A DNA stretch of 64,000 nt from Hormiphora californensis (taxonomy: Eukaryota > Animalia > Ctenophora). Made by a program: the position numbers and the translations under genes. Where the stretch lies: NCBI GenBank assembly GCA_020137815.1, contig CM035358.1, positions 4,402,001 through 4,466,000 on the forward strand, read 5' to 3'. Positions 22,621 to 58,400 of the stretch are shown here, one piece after another. Position 1 is the stretch's first letter, and every line of letters starts with the position of its first letter. The notes below the pieces were generated by a model, which ran no database searches, was not told where the DNA came from, and was given only the letters and a program-made list of their open reading frames with translations.

Positions 22621-24377
22621 AAAGCACGCAGACGCATACTCGCTCACACTCCTACACGTTCAATCGCATAAACGGCATACACTCCAACCGCTGACACATC
22701 ACCGAAGAGTTCTTGCAGACAGACCGAGAGGATGCACCTGTTCTGCACATCTTCACCAAACATGACTAATAGCGTCAGTGGAATGGCTCTTCACCGGGCA
22801 TGGCATGGCGCCAGTGGGGCCGGCATCTTCACCAAACATGACTAATAGCGTCAGTGGAATGGCTCTTCACCGGGCATGGCATGGCGCCAGTGGGGCCGGC
22901 ATTGTTGTTGTGTTGTGTAAAAGACATCAAGGTAGATGCGTGGTTTTCATTGAGATGGGATAGTTTGTCGAGGTTGGGTCTTAACATGCGCCGTGTTCCA
23001 AGTCGGGGCAGGATGCCTGATTTTGTTTGCTTTGCGTAGGAATACTGCAGTTTCCCAGGGGTGGTCCTTGAAGAGGCTTCTCATCCGAACCGCATGTAGC
23101 TGTGGCTTATTTGTAGACAGATGCTGTTTCCTGATGTCGTCGTACCCTGGGCAATGCAATAATACATGTTCCTCGTCCTCCGTGATTGTCTCGTGTGAGG
23201 GAAGTTGAGAGATTAGCAGGAAAGTAAGGTGATCCTCTGTGGTGCAGATAGGACAGGCTCTTTTCTTTATCAGTGTGTCCTCCGTCCTTGTACTTTCTCT
23301 GTATTTTTGTTGCCTTCCCACTTCGATGTTGAATCGATGAGCACTGCATCTCAATCTTGCTATCCATTTAGATAGGTCACGTTCGAGGTCAAGATATTCT
23401 TCTTGATAGAATGATGTTTTCACCACATTGTAAAACTCCATCTTCTTGTTAGTAGTGCGATCCCTGTTCCAAGTGGTGGTGAACGTGTCTTCCTTGTTGA
23501 GACGGCTCATGGCTAGTACTTGTGTGACCCAGTCAAGCTCCAGTATTTCTTGCTCCTTCAGAGCATAAACCACTAACGGGGTGGGAGTATCATGGGTGTC
23601 ACGATTTTCCATGTCTTTGATGCGGTTATAGTACTTAAGAGCTCCGTTTCCATGCATGGGGGGATCAAGTTTCACCCCTTTTCGCATTATATAGTAAGAT
23701 TCTGTTTTGCAGGAGGAAGAGAAGGAATTACGCCAAGACTGCAAACGCATATTTGAACGAGGCGTTTTACAAAAACCTGGCTAACCCTCGGCCCAGTGAA
23801 CAACTTAAAGAAGAACTGGCGATAAAATGCAAATTAACAACCACACAGGTACTGAATTGGTTACACAGAATTGTTTGGGAATGCCAGTTGTTTTTAGCAG
23901 TTTGAATTTCAGTGAAACTCATCCCTGCTTACCACGCATCTCCTAACAAACTCTTCCCTGGCCCTGATCCTCTTCACTCTCACTGTATTGTTCATATTAT
24001 TATTTGGTGTACTAACACAACACTCACTGTAGGTGAACAACTGGTTTTGTAACAAGCGGTTACGATACGATAACGGATTAATTAAGACTGATGAACAGTT
24101 AAAAGAATTAGAGGATGTTTTGTCGCTAGAAAACAACAGTAATAACCACATCATTGATCCATCCAGTAAGTACATGTGTTTTCTTAGTAAACATCGAGTT
24201 TCCAGAATCTCTTTTGATAGTGTGCTCACTGCTCAGATCAGGCCGCCATCCCACGTATATTTTAAGCTGATTACTAACTGATTACTAACTGACTACCCCT
24301 TTTTTCCTTGAATAGGTCCACCTAAATAACTTTTTCCCACAGGTGAACCTATGCAGATTCCCTCAACTCACCACTAA
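18178..24377 (+). CDS. PBX: PBX/extradenticle-family TALE homeobox protein (PBC domain + homeodomain), divergent
   Basis: Exons 18178-18269, 18613-18722, 19810-19883, 20186-20278, 20838-20955, 21048-21120, 23713-23848, 24033-24165, last exon 24343-24377 (or 24316-24329), all in frame. EQMAQYDSILANEGI, EYCTKIAHLRAIYLEEMSAYEKACQDF, IQLQIKESICQAVIVLK and RKRRNY..NPRPSEQLKEELAIKC..QVNNWFCNKRLRY align with PBX. Confidence 0.92.
18957..19066. mobile_element. Short interspersed repeat (CAGGAACCGACCGAATCAGG...) with a 17-bp flanking direct repeat
   Basis: CAGGTGTAGATTGTAGT at 18940-18956 and 19067-19083; contains three ATTGG boxes and a CACGTG. Confidence 0.7.
21753..22304 (+). mobile_element. 5'-truncated retroposon: LINE ORF1-like C-terminus + 3' UTR + (GATT)n tail, no ORF2
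   Basis: RPVRVVL...VFVAPDRSVEERAERKELVTKLRERR resembles CR1/L2-type ORF1 ends; stop 22005; terminal stem-loop 22270-22282; tail 22287-22304; inserted in a 20-bp GATCTGATC minisatellite. Confidence 0.7.
22450..23690 (-). mobile_element. 5'-truncated LINE (L2/Crack/Daphne-like) ORF2 C-terminus and 3' UTR; boundaries approximate
   Basis: KMEFY..K..EEYL..IARLRCSAHRFNIEVGR..CPIC..EDEEHVLLHCPGYDDIR Zn-binding C-terminal domain; 76-bp duplication and (CA)n in the UTR. Confidence 0.8.
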
Positions 24378-25077
24378 CTGATTACAAGATAGGATTAGGG
24401 GAGGAGAAAGCCAGATTAGATAGGATTTAGGATGCAACAGTAGGGATATGATATTTAAATTGGAGATTTGTCTTCACAACTGAATGAAAGGACTAAGAGT
24501 TTAACAGAAAGAGAGTGAAAGTCACTGCGAGTTATTATATTTATTTTACCCGCGTTTGTGAATACACGAAGATTTATTTTGGGATGATTTATTAACTTAT
24601 CATAGCACTGTAACCATGACACTAATCTACTGGTAATTGTTTTTGGTGATTATTCAGGGTTTAGCTGTCAGAGCTGTCAGAGCATTAATGCCAATTGGCC
24701 TGACAGGGGTTTAGAAATATTATTAGGGCTGTAAATGTTTTAAAGTTAAAAGGGTGAAAAAAGAAATCCTGCTTTATTTTTCTACAAAGTGCCATTGTTA
24801 TCTCATCATCACCTATTTTATTTATTCCAGATTGAAATTATAATGATTTTTTCAAGATAATGTTGGACCCCGATTTACTGGGATACTCGAGGGAAGGGGT
24901 TTTGCTCGGTAAAATTGGTGTTCCTCGCAGATATCGATGTAATGTGTAACTTTACAGGGCATAAATGGAAACCTTATGCGCGCATTTTATTTGCGCGTGC
25001 TTGGTGGACGCCGCGCATCTTTTATTTCCAACTTTTAAAATTTTGGTTGTCTTCCAACTTTTAAAATTCAGCGCAAC

Positions 25078-25964
25078 TTGGCATGCGCTGCAGACCCCAA
25101 GTGCGCGCGTTTTCCACGGCTTCTAAAGTGCGTTTCAAACGACTTGACCTGAGATTCCTGGAAATTTAGGATTTCCCCTTTGTAAATACACGCGCAATTT
25201 GCCAAATTCCAAGAATTACGGGTCAAGTCGCTTGAAACGGACTTTAAAGTGCGTTTCAAACGACTTGACCTGAGATTCCTGGAAATTCAGGATTTCCCCT
25301 TTGTAAATACATTGGAATGCGCTGCAGCCCCCTCATGCGCGCACCCCCGCAACGAGGGGACTGGAGGGAATGCCACGCGCGCGTTTGGCCTGAGCCCGGC
25401 TGGGTCGAAAATAACTTTGCGGTCGAAAAAACGGCGGTGCTTATAACTTTGGCCCCTGAAGTCCGTTTTGCTTGATTCTTTCACTAGCTGTTAGATCTGA
25501 CAATTATCTACCTTGCTGTTTTTGAGAGAAGTTAATTGGACTTGAGGAGGCTGAGCAATAGCCGTTCAAAGATTGGTTGTTTTCAAAAAGTGACGTCACA
25601 GGTCCCTGCAGGGACACTTTGTTTAAAATTTGAATTAAAATCTCGAATTTTTATATTTTACCGCACTCGATTTTGCGGAGTTTGGTTCATATCTCCTGTT
25701 CCTGATAAGATAGAGACCTGAAACCGGTTGCATTTGAAAGCTTTTATCTTCCTCTTTCCAACGCTACCAAAACGATTTCTGTACCTTATCTGGAACCGGA
25801 GATATGATTGATTATGTATTCCCCCCTAGCGCGGTATTCCCTCCAGGCCCCTTATATTATATTATAAGGGGCCTGCAACGTATGCCAAGTAAATACACGC
25901 GCGATGCGCCAAATTCCAAGAATTACGGGTCAAGTCGCTTGAAACGGACTTTAGCATAGGCCAA
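25078..25964. mobile_element. Non-autonomous TIR element with 9-bp TSD (outer element)
   Basis: TSD CAGCGCAAC at 25069-25077 and 25965-25973; TTGGC...GCCAA termini; internal direct and inverted repeats. Confidence 0.7.
25312..25888. mobile_element. Non-autonomous TIR element with 9-bp TSD nested in the previous one
   Basis: TSD GTAAATACA at 25303-25311 and 25889-25897; ~22-bp imperfect TIR TTGGAATGCGCTGCAGCCCCCT / AGGGGCCTGCAACGTATGCCAA. Confidence 0.75.
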
Positions 25965-26349
25965 CAGCGCAACCAAAATTTTCTCCTCAAAATTCAAATT
26001 CGTTGCTCACTCTCTGAGTTTTCGCTAATTTTCACCCTTACTTGAGGGTGTATGCATCTTTAACGTCTTGTAGTGTGGCGATTCCCTTTTTCACTGCATA
26101 AAAACCCCTAGGAAAAGCAGTCTCGTATGTCTGGGTGATGGGTCACTTGGTCAGCACTTGGTCGTGCGAGAAAAGGTGAATTTGTGTCACCTGTTGCGCC
26201 AAACGAAAAAAAAAACACAAGGATCGTTTGAATTGGAATTAAATTCATTTTGGGACGCTAAATTAAGTTTGCAGACCCTTGGTATGTCACCGTGTGCTAC
26301 TGAATGCCCCTCGTTTACTGAATGTATGGGGATGAAGATGGGTTATTAA

Positions 26350-27739
26350 GGGTACGCTAACCAAAAATTTTTTTCGAGTGCAGGGAAATCTCTCACCGTA
26401 GGGTTGTAGGCCATGCCAAGGAGACCTTAAATATGCAATTTGAGCTCTCAAGTCGAATTCATATTTTTGCTACAGCTGCTTGAAAAATGAACTGAAAATA
26501 AGTTTTTGGCATCTTAAAAATACATTTGTAAAGATAGGATCATAAAAATTTGTGGATTTGAAGAGGACAAAGAGGTGAGTAGCCACAAAATTTTTTTTTG
26601 AAATCCGAGGTGATTTCCGGTCCTGAGATGGATTTCTTTTTTTCCACTTTAACGCCCTATTTGGCAAAGTTCCGAAAACATGTGAAAGCTGTAAATTGGT
26701 GAAAAGTTGCATCTAACGATTATCTAAGTGGCCATAAATTTTGGGCGTGTCCTTATTTGAGATAAGCTGTACAGAGTTTTTTTTGTGAAAGCCGTCATTT
26801 CAGAAATAAATAAATTCCCTGTATCTCAAAAACGACTGATCGTAGAGACCTGAGACTATGCTTAAACGATTCAGAAGGTCCGATTTTGGGGGGGTCTTCT
26901 GAGAGACATTTTGCTCCTACTTCAACCGTTTTTGCTGTAATTGCGAAAAACAAATTCTATGAAAAGGGCAAAAGCTAAACTCCAATATCCTGTAATTAGG
27001 GAATTTTAGCTAAGAAAGGACCGAAACTATGGAAAAGTGTGTAACAAGCTAATTCCTTCACTATTTGGTCCATATGGGTCCCTATAATCACCAAAAACAA
27101 AATCACAAAAAATCCACGATGGCGAAGATGGGTTTTTGTTTTTCGCAATTACAGCAAAAACGGTTGAAGTAGGAGCAAAATGTCTCTCAGAAGACCCCCC
27201 CAAAATCGGACCTTCTGAATCGTTTAAGCATAGTCTCAGGTCTCTACGATCAGTCGTTTTTGAGATACAGGGAATTTATTTATTTCTGAAATGACGGCTT
27301 TCACAAAAAAAACTCTGTACAGCTTATCTCAAATAAGGACACGCCCAAAATTTATGGCCACTTAGATAATCGTTAGACGCAACTTTTCACCAATTTACAG
27401 CTTTCACATGTTTTCGGAACTTTGCCAAATAGGGCGTTAAAGTGGAAAAAAAGAAATCCATCTCAGGACCAGAAATCAGCTCGGATTGCGAAAAAATTTT
27501 TTGTGGTTATTCACCTTCATGTCCTCTTCAAATCCCCAAATTTTCATGCTCCTATCTTTAGAAAAAAATTTTTGAGATGCCAAAAACGTATTTACAGGAC
27601 ATTTTTTAAACAGCTGTAGCAAAAATATGAATTCGACTTAAGGGCTAAAATTGCATATTTGAGGTCTCCTTGGTATGGCCTACAACCCTACGGTGAGAGA
27701 TTTCCCTGCACTCGAAAAAAAATTTTGGTTAGCGTACCC
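26350..27739. mobile_element. Palindromic non-autonomous Kolobok-type transposon (1.39 kb)
   Basis: TTAA TSD, GGGTAC...GTACCC termini, ~600-bp inverted arms; same family as 50182-51461. Confidence 0.85.
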
Positions 27740-27791
27740 TTAACTCAGTGTAAATATCTCCTGCTAACCAATTCCATTTTTCAAGTTAGGT

Positions 27792-28697
27792 ATGGGTATC
27801 GAGGAAGACTTGGACTATTTTACAGATCTCTCTTCATACCTGCCCAGGATAATCGACCATGACCCGACCTCACAAAAGCTTTCAAAGAAGTACACTCACA
27901 ATCCAACTGGTAACAAGAAGAGGAAGCTGAAGGAGATTGCTAGTAGCAAACAAGCCCCTGCTGAGAAAGAGGAAAGCGATGGTGAAGAGGGGGAGGAAGG
28001 ACCAAAAAAGAAAAAGATGGTAAAGCGTCCCAAAACAATCAGTGTTGAAAATGCTCCCTCCCTCAGTTTGGAGGAGTTAAGGCAGCGTCTCCAAGATAAG
28101 ATAGTTGAGAGTAAATCGTCTAGAAACTATTCTAAGGAGAAGTTGGATCGACGAAAGATGAAGAGGATGAGTTTAGAAAAGAAGAAAAAGAAGCCGGAGG
28201 ATGTTCAGAAGTCAGTGAAAGTGAAGACCACGATGTTAGGGGATGAGACAGAAAAGCCAAAGAAGAAGACCAAGGATGATGTGTCGTCTGGTAAACTGCA
28301 GTTTAGCAAGTTCGAAACGAAGACTAAAGAGGAGGTGGATGTGCAGTCGTTGAAGAAGAAGAAGAAACGAAAGAATTTGGAGAAGCTGTTGGAGGATGCC
28401 AAGAAGAACAAAAAGGAACTTCAGACGCTGAAAAAGGCAACTGACGAACAGTCTGGTAACAAGCTACAGGACAAGGCGTGGAAAAAGGCTATCTCTATGG
28501 CTAAGGGAGAAAAACAGAAGGATAACCCTGATCTGATTGTTAAATCCATCAAGAGGAAGGAGGGTCAGAAACGAAAGGCAAAGACAGAGTGGAATGAACG
28601 TGTCGGCGGTCAGAAGAAAGCCCAGAAAGACAAGCAGAAGAAGCGACAAGCGAATATTGAGAAGAGAATTGAGGGTAAAAAGAAAAACAAACGATAG
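27792..28697 (+). CDS. SURF6: Surfeit locus protein 6 homolog (nucleolar, Rrp14 family), single exon
   Basis: Lys-rich 301 aa with LEELRQRLQDKI, LQFSKFE, WKKAISMAKGEKQKDNPDLIVKSIKRKE..KTEWNER..KRQANIEKR SURF6 signature. Confidence 0.92.
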   Translation: MGIEEDLDYFTDLSSYLPRIIDHDPTSQKLSKKYTHNPTGNKKRKLKEIASSKQAPAEKEESDGEEGEEGPKKKKMVKRPKTISVENAPSLSLEELRQRLQDKIVESKSSRNYSKEKLDRRKMKRMSLEKKKKKPEDVQKSVKVKTTMLGDETEKPKKKTKDDVSSGKLQFSKFETKTKEEVDVQSLKKKKKRKNLEKLLEDAKKNKKELQTLKKATDEQSGNKLQDKAWKKAISMAKGEKQKDNPDLIVKSIKRKEGQKRKAKTEWNERVGGQKKAQKDKQKKRQANIEKRIEGKKKNKR

Positions 28698-28951
28698 TGA
28701 AATAGACAATTTTTCAAGCCTGGCAAGAGTTAATTTATTCCCTAATTTTTATTCAGTCTAAGTTCGCAATGAATTGCTGATTTGTTTTAAAAACCCATTA
28801 CTTCATCGTCTGAATTATATACCCCTGATCCCCCTAATCTCCGTCCCACCCTTTCTTCCTGTTCTATAATTCCAACTCCATCTCTTATAATTCCAATTCT
28901 AACTCTTATGACTTACAATCCCATCTCTCTCTGTATTTCTAGTATCCCCCC

Positions 28952-54768
<25,817 letters not shown>

Positions 54769-54815
54769 GAGAGGGACATTCTAAGGACAGATTATGTAAG
54801 GAGGGGTTGCGACTT

Positions 54816-54848
<33 letters not shown>

Positions 54849-55227
54849 GATGTTGGTCAGTGTTTTACTGTTGTATATTTATGATTTTTTTTCCCTTGAC
54901 CAGAAACAATTAATTTGCTGTTTTGCACTTTGAAAATTAACAGACATGTGCCCTAAATTAGCGTCATCGCAATGTGTGATTCATTTAGGAAATTAGTCTA
55001 TCGCTGGGACTGGTAGCGTATTTAGGTGCCGGCAGGCACCTCCGACCCGATCGGACGAGGGGAAGATTGCCTTTTGCAAACATAATAGTACAGAGTGAAA
55101 GAGTATATACCGTTTAATTTTTTGGGCACATGTCTGTTTTGATATATTGGGTAATTCGATTCAAAGGTCTTGAATTTCGGGGAAAACTGATTTACATAAA
55201 TTATACACCCTGTACAATAACATACAC

Positions 55228-55268
<41 letters not shown>

Positions 55269-55409
55269 ACTCTTTATAACACTTAAATACACACTTTACA
55301 GAGGAGAAAAAACAGTCCAAAATGGCATGATACCAGATCCGGCCTCACAAGTAGGAGATTTATTAACCCACCCCTCCTTAAAATAATACCACTGGAAGAT
55401 TTCTCCCTG

Positions 55410-58400
55410 TTACTGATTCTTCAATACAAGGGCCACAGATTTCAGTTTCCAGTGGTCCGGTGAGCCATTACAGGGCATTGAAATGGCAGTAACTTGTTTC
55501 TCCCGCTCCGAACTGTAATAGAGGGGGATATCGACCATACCGGACTGTTTTCTCGCGTCACCAGCCGCAACCTGGGGAAGTTAAATTCATTAGAGAAGGG
55601 TACATGAGTTAAAATCCAGTCTCTTGTTGTCGAGTACTCGACACTTTATTTCTCGGGGGTTGTATTTATTAAAATCCCCTAGCTGGGATGTCTCCGGGAG
55701 ACATCCCCTAGTCCCTGGGAGATATCCCGGAGGTGCAAGGGAGGCCGTTAGATAATGTTTTACAGTACTCACCCATGCAATGGTACAGTTGGATATTGGT
55801 GAGCACGATGGTGAGTCTCTCTGACATTCCACCAAACTATTTCCATCGTACAGTGCTCCTTCTATCATCAGTCCCTCTGTAAATGTGTGGGAGTGAGTTA
55901 CACAATTCTTTAGCTAAAGGATTGAAGAAACCCTTGTAGCGAAGGGGCAGGTTGAACGCTACAAACTGTGTTTTTAAGCTGGCGTCTTAGTATGCCAAAC
56001 AAAACAACAAGTTCTTAACTGTCAGGCCAATGCTCTGACCACAGTTCTCGCGAGAATGGGTCAGGCCAATGCTCTGACAGGTTCTTATTTCTTAACGTCT
56101 TATCTCACTCTCTCTTCATTACATACCTATCATCACAGGGCAGACGGCCTTCTTAATTGTGCTCCCTCCCCACTGAGACATGAACACCAGATTATTAATA
56201 GGCTGACCGAGTCTCCGAGCACTCTCCTGTCTCAGGGCATTGAGGAATACCCCCGGATTCATCAGATCTGATAGGTCCACGGGCGAGGAGAGAAGAGTGC
56301 CGGAGTTACATTTCTCAACCCATCCACCCAATGCCATGGTTTTAGAAACCAGGGATCGTAGCCAGTCGATTGGGGCCTCAGGTCCTTCCCATTTCTTCAC
56401 CCAAGCAGAGGGAACCTGGAGATGAGGGGTGTTAGAAGGGTGCCTTTGTTTTGGTGATGTGCAGCTGCAGTGGAGGCTGTCTGGCGAGTGGCGGCACCGA
56501 CCCGATATGATGAGCGCACTGAGGATCAAAACGGGTTCTGCATCTGGCGCTGCCCAGAAAGTCCTGCACAAATCTCTAACTCGGTAACAAACCTCGTGTC
56601 GAAGAAGAGCAGTAGCATTATCTCTGATATCACTTCCAAGTAGGAGACTTCCCCTGAGAACCTTACTAATTTTACTAAGGTCACCGTGAACCTTCTGGAG
56701 TAGTACAATAGCAGCCTTCCTCTCCAGCAGTAGGAATGTTAGTAATGGTGGGTCATTTTCCTTGGGAGCGGATATCTGATGGGAGGAAGATTTGTAAGGG
56801 AGATGGAAGATTTTTAGAGTTAGGGAGATAGAAGATTTTTTGACCTTGGGGTAATAGGGGGACTTGAAGATTTGTTGAGTAAGGGAGATTGAAGATTTGA
56901 AAGGGAGGTGGATTGTGGAAGATTTGTTGAGTTACTGTAAGGGAGGTGGAAATGGTTTGTTACTGTAAGGGAGGTGGACAACTTTTACCTGCTCAACTGC
57001 CATCTTGACAATATCAGAACCCTGATTGAGTCGCTTCCAAAGTTGTAGGAAGGGGGTCAGCTCCTTGGTCCAGCGAGCCTTATCGAATGATGAATCCTCG
57101 ACACTCGTCCTGCCCACTAGTACCAGCTGGGCAATTACCGCCTTAGCGACACTCCTCTGTTGGGACCTGTAATTGGGGGATAATTGGGGGATAATTGGGA
57201 CCTGTATTTGGGGGATAGTTTTAGTGATTTGATACTATCAGTTGCCAATGTGCTTAATTTGAAAGAAATGAGAATCTAGGGTCAGCTGACAATGCTCTGA
57301 CAACGGTTTGATGTTTCATCCATATATTCAAATTGAGATCTTGCCTCCAATCTTGTCCCCAATTGCCTGGCTAGACTGTGTTTCGGGCAGGAAAGGGAGG
57401 GTTAGAACATTTAACAAGTCCCTAATTATTATACCTGTCGATGTTAGAAGGAAGGCTGAATACAGAGGGTGAGTCGATATCGGGAAGAGCGGAGATGGCC
57501 TTAACAAAGTCTTTATGGTTGATGGATTGGGGGAGTTCCAGTACCCCAGCCAGCTTCCTCCTTCCTTTTCCTCCTAGTACCTCTCTGTAAAATGAGGTAT
57601 TGTTAAATCTTCCAGTAACTGCTTTCTACATTAGTGACATAGACACCTGTTGATTACGAAATAACCCCTCCCTTGCCAGTGCGCGAGAGAGGTTATTTTG
57701 TAACCAAAGACTCCTGAGTACGATTTACGAAATGGCAATGGTACCAACTGTCAACATATCTATGATATCATCTGAACATTTGAACTGTAATAAATAGTTC
57801 CTAGAATTAAACCTCACCTATCAAAGTATTGCCGAAGGTAGGCTCTCAAGACTTCCAAATCATAGTTGTTATCTATCCTTCCACCGAAAACAGCGTTCTC
57901 GAACAATCCGTGAATGAAGTCCCATTGAATACTGCCTGTACCAGTACACAACCGATCAATGATATCAGCTCCAGATCTGAAGACAGATGTGTCACGTGAT
58001 GAATGCCCTTATATGGTATCTGTGATGTATGCCCAAATATGGTATCTGATGAATGCCCAAATATGGTATCTATGATGTATATTGTATGCCTAAATATATG
58101 GTATTTGATGAATGCCCTAATATGGTATGTGCTCCTCTCTCTCCTATACCTGAGATCAGCTTGAGAGAACTCATAAAACTTGGTCCACCCTTGTGGAATA
58201 TAATTCCTCCTCTCCTGGACAATTGCATGGAACCATGCCAACGTGAAAAGTGCCTGGGCCCGGGTTGGATTGTGTCCTCTTTCAATGAACTCTGGACTCC
58301 ATGCTTCGTAGGTTCGGTACAAGTTCTTCTTGATACCAGGCGGGGACTCGTAGGTTACCTAGAAAGGAAGGAGGGTGTGAGCAATCATTACATGTGATCC

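Noticed and set aside
23691-23750. N-terminus of the 267-aa minus-strand ORF as a real overlapping gene
   Set aside because: Chance read-through antisense to a PBX exon; LINE similarity is confined to the downstream part.
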